IMG/VR virus record: IMGVR_UViG_3300028283_000231
Reading direction: 5' to 3' (one strand)
From: a virus
Lineage: Duplodnaviria; Caudoviricetes
Length of the DNA: 64,000 bases
In this document: positions 36,588-45,810 of the stretch, one piece after another
Layout: each line of letters begins with the position of its first letter
Position numbering within the stretch: position 1 is the first letter of the stretch
The notes under the pieces: generated by a model
The model's input: the letters and a program-made list of their open reading frames with translations, nothing else
What the model was told of the DNA's origin: nothing
Database searches by the model: none
Translations under genes and position numbers: made by a program

Positions 36588-36672
36588 GCCTGGTTCCGAT
36601 AGCGATCGATTCGACCTGTTTCGTAAACAGGAGTATGATATACCATCGTTGGTTTGAATCCAACACCAGGCT
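36588..36672 (+). tRNA. tRNA-Thr(CGT) with long variable arm
   Basis: GCCTGGT/ACCAGGC; CCTGT-TT CGT AA-ACAGG; extra GTAT-GAT-ATAC arm. Confidence 0.75.
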
Positions 36673-36704
36673 CGAGAGTACATTAAAAAATAATAATAGA
36701 ATTA

Positions 36705-36923
36705 ATGAAATATTGTAAAGTTTGCGGTGAAGAGATTCCAGAAGGAAGAGTTAAGGCGTTACCAAACGCTGAGACCTGTGTGGAACATTCAGGAGCAAAA
36801 AAGAAGAAAGGATTTGTTGTAATTAGTAGTAAAACTACATACAGCGAATTAGATATAGTGGATGATAACACTTATAAAATGTTAAAGAAATTAGATAGAG
36901 ACGGTTGGCACGCTTGTAATTAA
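36705..36923 (+). CDS. TraR/DksA C4-type zinc-finger protein
   Basis: CKVCGEEIPEGRVKALPNAETCVEH. Confidence 0.82.
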   Translation: MKYCKVCGEEIPEGRVKALPNAETCVEHSGAKKKKGFVVISSKTTYSELDIVDDNTYKMLKKLDRDGWHACN

Positions 36924-36944
36924 TAAAAAATAAAAACAAATAAA

Positions 36945-37628
36945 ATGAAAAAGATTCAAATCGAAATCATGGCTTCCGAGGGAGGTAATGATTCAAAACT
37001 ATTAGTGGTAGATCTTATGGATATTTATATCAGATCAGCAAAAAACCAAAACTTCAATTGAAGAGTAGTTGAAGTCAAAGATGGTTTTGCTTCGATATGA
37101 ATAGAAGGTGATAGCGTAAACAAATTTTACGCAAACGAAAGTGGAGCACATTGCTTTTCGAGGATACCACCAACAGAAAGAAATGGTAGAACTCAAACAA
37201 GTATAGTTAAAGTGGCGATAATGAACCCAGAAAAAGAAGCGGGATACGTTTTGAATAGAAATGATGTAACAAAAAATTATATCAGATCTTCAAAAAAAGC
37301 GGGTGGCCAAAATTTAAACAAAGTTTCTTCTTGTGTTCAATTAATACATATTCCAACTGGTATTCAGGTTAAAGTTCAGGACACAAGAGATCAAACCAAA
37401 AATGAAATTATCGCGTGGGAAAGATTGACTCAAAAATTAAAAGTCATCGAAGACAAGAACGATCGTGAAAAAATTGATAACAAACGCAAGGATCAAATTG
37501 GAGAACATGGTAGAGGAAATAAAAGAAGAACATACAGATTGAAAGAAGATATCGTGCAAGATCATATCACTGGCAAATCATGTAGATGGAAGGATATATT
37601 GAAAGGTAAAATAGAGTTACTTTTCTAA
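36945..37628 (+). CDS. prfA: RF1-type peptide chain release factor (lacking domain 1) with two in-frame TGA codons
   Basis: IEIMASEGG, NESGAH, RIPPTERNGRTQTS (PxT) and GGQNLNK all lie in one frame; TGA at 37059-37061 and 37098-37100. Confidence 0.85.
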
Positions 37629-37784
37629 TTTTTCTTTGAATTTTTCACTTATTTTTATATATTTTTCGTTGTTTAAAGTCAGATTTTTTAATCTTAGTAT
37701 TTTTTATTTGAAGAAAAAATTCTTAACTTTGAATATAATCTTCAATTAGGTCATACAAGTTTTTATATATAAAGTAAAAACTTT

Positions 37785-38423
37785 ATGAATTTCACAATAT
37801 ATGGATTGAAGGAGAAGGGCAATGATGAAATCAAATATATTGGTTTAACAACATCTAAATTAAGCATTAGATTCAGTAAACATTTAAGTGATAAAAAGGT
37901 TGATCATAAAACCAATTGGATAAAAAAAATTGGCAAGGATAATGTTGAAATTGTTGTTATAGAAGATGAAATATCAGATATAGATACATTACATGAAAAA
38001 GAGATATTTTATATTAATAAATATAAAAAGGAAGGCCATAATTTAACTAATATAACTAATGGTGGAGAAGGCTGGTATAATATGGTTTTCTCAGATGAAC
38101 ACAAAAAAAATATTAGTTTAAATCATGCTGATGTAAGTGGAGAAAATAATCCCATGTTTGGTAAAGAACACACTATTAATGTGAAAAATAAAATAAGGGA
38201 TTTTAGATTGAATTATAAAATTTCAGATGAAACAAAAGAAAAAATGAAGTGTAGTAAATTAGGTGAAAAAAATACTAATGTTAAATTAACATCCGATGAT
38301 GTATTGAAAATAAGACAATACGTTAATGAATACACACAAAAGGAATTAGCATCTATGTTTAATGTTAAACCTGGGGCAATTAGTAAGATAATAAATCACA
38401 CTACTTGGAAACATTTAAAATGA
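37785..38423 (+). CDS. GIY-YIG homing endonuclease with NUMOD3 repeats
   Basis: IYGL...KYIGLT, LTNITNGGEG and GENNPMFGKEHT. Confidence 0.85.
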   Translation: MNFTIYGLKEKGNDEIKYIGLTTSKLSIRFSKHLSDKKVDHKTNWIKKIGKDNVEIVVIEDEISDIDTLHEKEIFYINKYKKEGHNLTNITNGGEGWYNMVFSDEHKKNISLNHADVSGENNPMFGKEHTINVKNKIRDFRLNYKISDETKEKMKCSKLGEKNTNVKLTSDDVLKIRQYVNEYTQKELASMFNVKPGAISKIINHTTWKHLK

Positions 38424-38962
38424 ATTATATGAGTTATTTTGATAATTTCGTTTTGGCGCCTTATATTTTAAAAGCGACAGCTCTTATAGGGGTTCATCGT
38501 AAATGTGGCGGAAATCAATTTCGTCATCAATTCGCAACACTTGGAATCTTATTAGACTATAAATATTTCAATGATTCGGTTCTTTTAAAAGCCGCGTTGT
38601 TGCATGATATTATAGAGGACGTTGTCGATTCAGAAATGGATGCTATTCGTTCTTTAGATGGTGACGGACAAGCAGTTATAAACTTAGTACAAGAAGTATC
38701 TAAAAGTAAGGAGGAGACTAAGGCTGATTATCTTAAAAGAATTTTGGAAACTGGTTCGGATAGGGCTAAGATTTTGAAATGTGCAGATAGAATCAGTAAT
38801 CTTACTGATATGCACTTAGATACACATACATCAGGTAAGATAGCACAATATCTTGATCAGACTGAGCGGTATATTATTCCAATGGCTCTTTCTATTTCTA
38901 ATCTTGATTTTGTAAGGGAATTAGCAGATTTAATTATTCAGAGAAGATTATTAATTGCGTGA
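38420..38962 (+). CDS. HD-domain hydrolase (SpoT/Mesh1-like)
   Basis: AALLHDIIED and LKCADRISNL. Confidence 0.8.
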   Translation: MNYMSYFDNFVLAPYILKATALIGVHRKCGGNQFRHQFATLGILLDYKYFNDSVLLKAALLHDIIEDVVDSEMDAIRSLDGDGQAVINLVQEVSKSKEETKADYLKRILETGSDRAKILKCADRISNLTDMHLDTHTSGKIAQYLDQTERYIIPMALSISNLDFVRELADLIIQRRLLIA

Positions 38963-39230
38963 AATGGACAACACGGTTGAAGTAGCAAAAGATTTCATTA
39001 AGGATATTGATGAAATTATAGAAGAAGGTTGGTCGGAAGACAGGGATTATCTAGCCGAACAATTTGTTAAATATGCTAGTTTAATTGATAATAAAATGAT
39101 AACTAAAGATTGTCAGGCGTTAGATTTTAAAAATTGTGAATACTGGCAAAATACATTATACGGTTGTTCTAGCTGTTATCATTGGCATAAATTCGAAACG
39201 AATTCAAAATTTAATTATAATATAACTTGA
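38955..39230 (+). CDS. Hypothetical protein
   Basis: ORF track. Confidence 0.5.
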   Translation: MREMDNTVEVAKDFIKDIDEIIEEGWSEDRDYLAEQFVKYASLIDNKMITKDCQALDFKNCEYWQNTLYGCSSCYHWHKFETNSKFNYNIT

Positions 39231-39562
39231 ACACAACTCTTTATAGACCAGTAAATAAAGCAGAATTGGATCTTATCATAGCAAGCGATTGGACCCAATT
39301 TCCACCACGTTTACCCGAGCAACCAATATTCTATCCAGTTCTTAGTTTAAGTTACGCTAAGAAAATAAACGAATGGAACGTAAACGCTTACGGTGAAGGG
39401 TTTATAGTGGAATTTCAAATTGATAATATGTATTTAGTTATACATAATATTGATGTTCATAATGTTGGAGATAAAGACGATAATGAATTTTGGATAAGAG
39501 CAGATCAATTAGATTCTTTCAATAAAAATATAGTAGGAAAAATAAAATTATGTATTACATAG
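39227..39562 (+). CDS. ADP-ribosylation/crystallin J1-like small protein
   Basis: LYRPV...EL...FPPRLPEQPIFYPVL...YA. Confidence 0.7.
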   Translation: MNTTLYRPVNKAELDLIIASDWTQFPPRLPEQPIFYPVLSLSYAKKINEWNVNAYGEGFIVEFQIDNMYLVIHNIDVHNVGDKDDNEFWIRADQLDSFNKNIVGKIKLCIT

Positions 39563-40344
39563 TACAAGAAAGATTATACAGAGAAGACGAGTGGGACGAT
39601 CTTATTCACGCACTGGAAAGATTCAATCTTAATTACGAGATTGTTAAACTTATTCCATTCGTTGACGATTTTGAATTTGAGACAAAAGAAAAAAATGTCT
39701 TTTGTTTTGGTGCGCTTAAGATGGCAAGACTTGCTCCAAAGTACGGTTGGTATCCTGGAATTCTTATGACGCCTAATCACGATTTTAATGTTTATAAAGA
39801 ATATTACAAAGAAAACTTATTGAATTATGACTCAAAAATATACAGAATATCCGAAGATTTTGAATGGAACGGTGATTTCTTTGTTAGGCCTGTATTGGAC
39901 ACTAAGATTTTTAATGGAAGACCTTATGCCATGCAAGACTGGAAAAAAGAAAGCAATCGTCTCTTGTGTAACTCCAAAAGTGATAAGGATAATGGAATAA
40001 CCAACATAGTTAGCGAAGACACTCTTATACAAGTTAGTAGTCTTAAAAATATTCAAAAAGAATTTAGATTCTATATCGTTGATGGTAAGATAGCTACAGC
40101 GAGCCTTTATAAAGAAGGATATTTTGTGAGGTATAGTGATATAGTTGATCAAGGGGCTATAGATTATTGTAACGAGATGATAAAAGTGTTTCAGTTGGCT
40201 GACGCTTTTGTAATGGATATTTGTTTGACTGACGATGAGTGGAAGATAATTGAGTGTGGTTGCCTTTCGTGCGCTGGTCTCTACAAAGCTAACATACCTA
40301 AACTTCTAATGGCATTAGAAGATAAATTTAACATTGAGATATAA
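39550..40344 (+). CDS. ATP-grasp domain protein (DUF4343/R2K-like)
   Basis: FVRP...K.F.G, EFRFYIVDGKI, AFVMDI and IIECGC. Confidence 0.75.
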   Translation: MYYIVQERLYREDEWDDLIHALERFNLNYEIVKLIPFVDDFEFETKEKNVFCFGALKMARLAPKYGWYPGILMTPNHDFNVYKEYYKENLLNYDSKIYRISEDFEWNGDFFVRPVLDTKIFNGRPYAMQDWKKESNRLLCNSKSDKDNGITNIVSEDTLIQVSSLKNIQKEFRFYIVDGKIATASLYKEGYFVRYSDIVDQGAIDYCNEMIKVFQLADAFVMDICLTDDEWKIIECGCLSCAGLYKANIPKLLMALEDKFNIEI

Positions 40345-41144
40345 TCTTCTTCTAATCTTTTATTTTTAGAAGAATTAGTGGATCTTGTTGTTATACATAA
40401 GTTATCGATGGATGATATAATTGATGGTAATATACCGTTATCAAATCCATGTTTTATGGATATTTTATGATCTATTGTTGGATATTTTTTATCATTACTA
40501 TTTAAGATTAAATCGTTTTTAATATATTCACCAGTGTAATGATCGAATCCGTCCCATTTATCAAAAACCTGATTAGCAATTAGTAAGGTATATTTATTAA
40601 CTAATAATTCATATTTATGATAATCGCTTCTTTCTTCACGAGAAGACCATCTCTTACTTACAACATTAGATATATACATTTTTTCTTTAACTTCTTCACT
40701 CATAGTTGGATACGGGACATTTAATTTTTCCATACACGTATTCACTTTTTTCAGCTTTATATCTGGTCTTTGAGATGGATGTTCAAATCCATATTTTTTC
40801 AAATTTGTAATTTTAAATTTATTTTTACCTATTTCTGATTGTATTGAAACCTCGGTTCCATAATTTTTTAAGCAAGTTTGTTTACTCTTATCGTTTGAAC
40901 ATTTTTGGGAACAGGAATAATAACCATAGTTATTTACACTTTTCATATATTCTCTATATTGTAATATTTTAATTTTTTCACAAACATCACATTTAACTGT
41001 TATTTTAACAGGACTGCCTGATATTAAATCATTTATATTAACAATAAAAATATCATACATTTTTGTAAAAATATAACCTTTATCAACATAATATTTTTTA
41101 TTGTTACTGTTCCAAGTCATTTTAACTTCTTTATCTAAAATCAT
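40281..41144 (-). CDS. Homing-endonuclease-like protein (Zn ribbon, KYG repeats, HNH-like C-terminus)
   Basis: CDVC, CSQKC and YPTIDHKISIK...NLCITT...NSSK. Confidence 0.65.
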   Translation of the reverse strand: MILDKEVKMTWNSNNKKYYVDKGYIFTKMYDIFIVNINDLISGSPVKITVKCDVCEKIKILQYREYMKSVNNYGYYSCSQKCSNDKSKQTCLKNYGTEVSIQSEIGKNKFKITNLKKYGFEHPSQRPDIKLKKVNTCMEKLNVPYPTMSEEVKEKMYISNVVSKRWSSREERSDYHKYELLVNKYTLLIANQVFDKWDGFDHYTGEYIKNDLILNSNDKKYPTIDHKISIKHGFDNGILPSIISSIDNLCITTRSTNSSKNKRLEEDYISMLNLSSNAIRSLGMLAL

Positions 41145-41417
41145 AATATATAAAATTCTTTTTCATTTATAACATCATTCTTAATAAGATCTGTATATAT
41201 TAAATGTTCAATATATTTAGATTTATTTTGAAAATTATCTTCCAAGTATGTCTTTATCTTATCATCTAATGTTATTGATATTTTAACTCTTGATTTTACT
41301 TTTTTCATATTAATAGGGTTTTAATAGTATATATTAATAAAATAAAGTCATATTTTTCTATTTTGGTTTTTTTATTCAAAATAAATTAGTAAATTTGTAA
41401 TTCAAAAAAAAATAGTT

Positions 41418-41582
41418 ATGGGAAGACCTAAAGTTAAAGACAAGAAAGTATCTATATCTGTTACTATTAACGAAAAACTTAATCAGGAACTAGACAAGTT
41501 TCTGGTTGAGAATAATTTAAGTAAATCGGAGTATATAGAATATCTAATCAAGAAAAACAATCCTAATTTAGATCAGAAATAA
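41418..41582 (+). CDS. Small ribbon-helix-helix DNA-binding protein (54 aa)
   Basis: Manual translation MGRPKVKDKKVSISVTINEKLNQELDKF...SKSEYIEYLI. Confidence 0.65.
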   Translation: MGRPKVKDKKVSISVTINEKLNQELDKFLVENNLSKSEYIEYLIKKNNPNLDQK

Positions 41583-42284
41583 ATGGATTTTACAAAGTTT
41601 ACAGTTAAAGCAAAAACCGCAATCCAAAAGGCTAGAGAGATTGCCCAAGTCAAAGGACATAAATCTATTGAAACTTCACATATTCTTAAAGGGATTATGT
41701 TAGTTGACGATAATGTTGCTCCTTACATTCTTAAAAAGATGAATGTTGACGTTGACCTTCTTATGAAGATCGTTGATAATATTATAAAATATTATCCAAG
41801 AGATCTCATTAGTAGAGAACACTTGTCACCTTACTCAAATCAGGCATTAGATAGAGCTATCACTTATTCTCTTGAATATGGTGATGAGTTTGTTTCTGTT
41901 GAACATATTCTTATGGGTATTCTTGGTGGAACAGACGTTTTAGCTAAAGAGTTTGTAAAAGAAGGTATTACAATAGAAGGGATTAAATCTGGTTTAGAAG
42001 ATATTAGAAAAGGTGTTAAAATCACTTCTCCAGAAGCTGATATAGCAATCAACGCCACAAATAAATATACTAGAAATCTTAATGAATTGGTAAAAGCAGG
42101 CAAACTTGACCCAGTTATCGGAAGAGACGACGAAATTAAAAGAATTCTTCAAATTCTTTCAAGGAGAACAAAAAATAATCCACTTATCATAGGTGAATCG
42201 GGATGTGTAGACGGTGATACTATTATTACTATTAGAAAAATTTCAAATGATACTACACATGAAAATATAGAAATAGACTATTAA
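41583..42284 (+). CDS. clpB: ClpB N-terminal fragment fused to a 26-aa split-intein N-part
   Basis: Clp N-domain, LDPVIGRDDEI, NNPLIIGESG then CVDGDT (intein block A) starting at 42204. Confidence 0.9.
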   Translation: MDFTKFTVKAKTAIQKAREIAQVKGHKSIETSHILKGIMLVDDNVAPYILKKMNVDVDLLMKIVDNIIKYYPRDLISREHLSPYSNQALDRAITYSLEYGDEFVSVEHILMGILGGTDVLAKEFVKEGITIEGIKSGLEDIRKGVKITSPEADIAINATNKYTRNLNELVKAGKLDPVIGRDDEIKRILQILSRRTKNNPLIIGESGCVDGDTIITIRKISNDTTHENIEIDY

Positions 42285-42341
42285 ATTTTTATATATAACT
42301 TTATCAGGGACAGGAAAAAACCTAACCCTGATGAACTAAAT

Positions 42342-43511
42342 ATGGAAATAAATATAAAAGGTAAACAAAAATTAATATTATCTGATTTTATTGAATTTTA
42401 CGATTATGTTATTAATAATATAATTTTTGAATTGAAATTTGATAAAGATAAAAAATTAGAGCGTTTTTATGAAAATAATAATTATATAAATGGAATAAAA
42501 TTATTTAGATTGAAAATAAGATCTATGTATTATAATTTAACAACATTAAAAATTGATTATTGGTTAAGTAGAGGATGGTCATATGATGAATCTGTAAACA
42601 GAATAAAAGAAATACAATCTATTAGAAGTAATATTTCTAAAGAAAAAATGTTAACATTAAAAGAAATAGATTATAAAAAATGGTGTGAAACGCGTAACAC
42701 AAGGAAAGAATTTTATATGAAGAAGGGGTTAACAGAAGAAGAATCTGTAGATCTTTTAAAAGATAGACAAAAAACATTTTCAATAGAATCCTGTATAATT
42801 AAATATGGCGATAATGGATATGATGTGTGGAAGAATAGGCAAATTAAATGGTATAGTAAAATAAAGAATATAGATTGTGATAGAGATTCAAATTCATCTG
42901 ATTTCTATAAAAATAAATATGGTGATAATTGGATTTTTAAAGCAATTGATGATTGTTCTTTTTTAAATAAAGATTTAATTAAAAATATTATTCAAAAAAC
43001 GAATAATGATTTTGTGTTTTTCATTAAAGAATTAGATGAAAGAATAGAAATAGTAGCTTTAAACGACATTTATTTCATATTTAATTCAAAACTATTGCAA
43101 AATTATTTTGGTAAAAATAAAGAAGAATTAACTGAAATAATATTAGGCACATTAAATATAAACATAAAAGGATTTGGAAATATAAGATATTTCAACAGAC
43201 ATATATGTAGAAGTAATGGAGAATATTATATAGCTAAAAAATTAAAAGAACTTAACATAGATTATGTTTATGAGAAAAAATATCCAAATTCAAAATATGT
43301 CTGTGATTTTTATATACCAATTTTAAATCTTTACGTTGAATATATGGGTATGCTAAAAAGTAATTATATACAAGAAAATCGTCTTGACATATATTTAAAA
43401 TATAAAACTAGATATGATGATAAAGAGAAATTTTGTAAAGATAATAATATAAAATATTTATTTAATAATAATATGGTGGAAATAATAAAAAAAATAACAA
43501 ATGGAAATTAA
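42342..43511 (+). CDS. Free-standing endonuclease (PD-D/ExK/Vsr-like C-terminus) between the intein halves
   Basis: KYG repeats; SNGE..IAKKL...YVCDFYIPILNLYVEYMG. Confidence 0.7.
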   Translation: MEINIKGKQKLILSDFIEFYDYVINNIIFELKFDKDKKLERFYENNNYINGIKLFRLKIRSMYYNLTTLKIDYWLSRGWSYDESVNRIKEIQSIRSNISKEKMLTLKEIDYKKWCETRNTRKEFYMKKGLTEEESVDLLKDRQKTFSIESCIIKYGDNGYDVWKNRQIKWYSKIKNIDCDRDSNSSDFYKNKYGDNWIFKAIDDCSFLNKDLIKNIIQKTNNDFVFFIKELDERIEIVALNDIYFIFNSKLLQNYFGKNKEELTEIILGTLNINIKGFGNIRYFNRHICRSNGEYYIAKKLKELNIDYVYEKKYPNSKYVCDFYIPILNLYVEYMGMLKSNYIQENRLDIYLKYKTRYDDKEKFCKDNNIKYLFNNNMVEIIKKITNGN

Positions 43512-45525
43512 AATTGAAGATTTTTATAATTTAATTAAAAATGATGGTGGCACTTTTGAAGTACTAACGCCAGATGGATTTAAATTAATTGGATATGTTT
43601 ATAAAAAAAATAATAAACAAATATATTCAATAAAATTAGAAAATGGTTTAATCTTGAAAGGTTCAAATGATCATCTAGTTAAAATATATACGTATAATAT
43701 TGAAGAAAACAATATTAACCCTAATATAGAAATATTAGATAACGATACATGGATTAGATTTTCTAATATTAAATATAATGATATAATATGCACTAAAATT
43801 GGAGAATTCAGTGTAGTTAAAATTGACAAGTTAAATAAAAATATAACATATGATTTAGAAGTATTGGATGATAGACACCAATATTATTCTAATGATATAA
43901 TTTCTCACAATACTGGTAAAACTGCTGTAGCACTTGGTATAGCACACAAGATTGTTAGTGGTGACGTTCCAGATAGTCTGAAAACTAAACAAATCTATTC
44001 ACTTGACCTCACAAATATTGTATCTGGGGCTAAATATAAAGGTGAATTCGAAGAAAGACTTAAAGGCGTCTTTAACGAAATTATCGCATCCAACGGTGAG
44101 ATCATTCTTTTCATTGATGAGATTCATAACCTCATTGGAACTAACGGGGGTGAAGGTTCAATGGATGGTGCTGATATTCTTAAACCCATATTATCAAGGG
44201 GTGAGATGTTAGTTATTGGTGCTACTACTACAAAGGAGTATCATAAATATTTTGAACAAGATAAATCATTTGAGCGTAGATTTCAAACTGTTACCATTGA
44301 AGAACCAACAGTTGAAGAAGCTATTGCCATCTTAATAGGATTGAAAGGAAAATATGAAACTTTCCACAATGTAACTATTAAAGATGAAGCTGTTGTGGCT
44401 GCAGTAGAACTTTCTAAAAGATATATTTCTAATAGATTTTTACCAGATAAAGCCATTGATATTCTCGATGAGGCCTCTTCTAAATTAAAGTTGGACGCTG
44501 AAGTAAAAGAAAAAGTGGTTGACGCCGATCAAATTGCTATAGTTGTATCGGAAGTAAGTCAAATTCCTGTTAATAAATTAAAAGGCAGTGAAAAGGAAAG
44601 ACTTGTAAATCTTGAAAAAGAATTACATAAAAGGGTTATTGGACAAAATGAAGCCATCAAAGCTGTTTCAGATGCTATACGTAGAAGTAGAACAGGTCTT
44701 CAAGATCCAAAGAAACCCATCGGTTCATTCATATTCCTTGGTACCACAGGGGTTGGAAAAACAGAGCTTGCTAAGGCTCTTGCTGAATTTCTTTTCAATG
44801 ACGAAAATTCTATGGTTAGGATTGATATGTCTGAATACATGGATAAAAGCTCAGCTAGTAAACTTATTGGTTCTGCACCAGGTTACGTTGGTTATGATGA
44901 GGGTGGACAACTCACTGAAGCAGTTAAGAGGAAACCTTATAGTGTAGTTCTCCTTGATGAAATCGAGAAGTCCCACCCAGACGTCTTTAATACACTTTTA
45001 CAGGTATTGGACGACGGTAGATTAACAGACAATAAAGGTTATCTTGTTGATTTCAAGAATACTATTATAGTAATGACTTCAAATCTCGGTTCTAGCATCA
45101 TTCAGTCTAATATGCAAGGAATGACTGATGAGACAAGGGATGAAGTTATTAAGAAAACAAAAGATGAAGTTATCGCGATGTTAAGGAGAACAATTAGACC
45201 AGAACTTCTTAATCGTATTGATGAGACTATTGTATTCCAACCTCTTACAAAATCTGAAATTCTTGATATTGTTAAGATGCAGTTTAATGGTATAAAGAAG
45301 ATGTTAAAGAAGAATGGTGTGGATATGACGGCATCTGATGAAGCTTTAAAACAGATTGCTGAGTGGGGATATGATCCTCAGTTTGGTGCAAGACCTGTTA
45401 AGAGGGTAATTCAGGAAAAAGTTATCAATGTACTTTCTGGTTTAATGTTGGAAGATAAGGTATCGAAAGATAATGCAATATTTATTGATGTAAAGGACGG
45501 TCAGTTATTATTTATAAATAAATAG
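43501..45525 (+). CDS. clpB: 137-aa split-intein C-part fused to the ClpB C-terminal fragment
   Basis: KGSNDHLV, TYDLEV, ISHN then TGKT (rest of Walker A); LFIDEIH; second NBD GTTGVGKTE and LLDEIEK. Confidence 0.9.
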   Translation: MEIKIEDFYNLIKNDGGTFEVLTPDGFKLIGYVYKKNNKQIYSIKLENGLILKGSNDHLVKIYTYNIEENNINPNIEILDNDTWIRFSNIKYNDIICTKIGEFSVVKIDKLNKNITYDLEVLDDRHQYYSNDIISHNTGKTAVALGIAHKIVSGDVPDSLKTKQIYSLDLTNIVSGAKYKGEFEERLKGVFNEIIASNGEIILFIDEIHNLIGTNGGEGSMDGADILKPILSRGEMLVIGATTTKEYHKYFEQDKSFERRFQTVTIEEPTVEEAIAILIGLKGKYETFHNVTIKDEAVVAAVELSKRYISNRFLPDKAIDILDEASSKLKLDAEVKEKVVDADQIAIVVSEVSQIPVNKLKGSEKERLVNLEKELHKRVIGQNEAIKAVSDAIRRSRTGLQDPKKPIGSFIFLGTTGVGKTELAKALAEFLFNDENSMVRIDMSEYMDKSSASKLIGSAPGYVGYDEGGQLTEAVKRKPYSVVLLDEIEKSHPDVFNTLLQVLDDGRLTDNKGYLVDFKNTIIVMTSNLGSSIIQSNMQGMTDETRDEVIKKTKDEVIAMLRRTIRPELLNRIDETIVFQPLTKSEILDIVKMQFNGIKKMLKKNGVDMTASDEALKQIAEWGYDPQFGARPVKRVIQEKVINVLSGLMLEDKVSKDNAIFIDVKDGQLLFINK

Positions 45526-45527
45526 AA

Positions 45528-45749
45528 ATGAATTTACTTTGTTTAATATTTGGTCATAAGAAGATTGTAAGAAATTGGTACCCAACTGATCCGATAACAT
45601 CGTTGGGATGTACAAGATGTAGGAAAACTCTTGATCAGAGACCGAATCCTGGTTATATAGCAGATTGGTATTATTCGGGATTAAGGCAAACTTTTAAAAG
45701 GGTATTTTCAGCAAATGATCCATATGGTGAAGAAATATGGGACGAATAA
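45528..45749 (+). CDS. Hypothetical protein ending in DPYGEEIWDE
   Basis: LLCLIFGHK start. Confidence 0.6.
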   Translation: MNLLCLIFGHKKIVRNWYPTDPITSLGCTRCRKTLDQRPNPGYIADWYYSGLRQTFKRVFSANDPYGEEIWDE

Positions 45750-45810
45750 GATATTTTAAATTTTTTTATAATTAAATTTTTTACTATATTTGTAAAAAAT
45801 ATAGAAAAAT

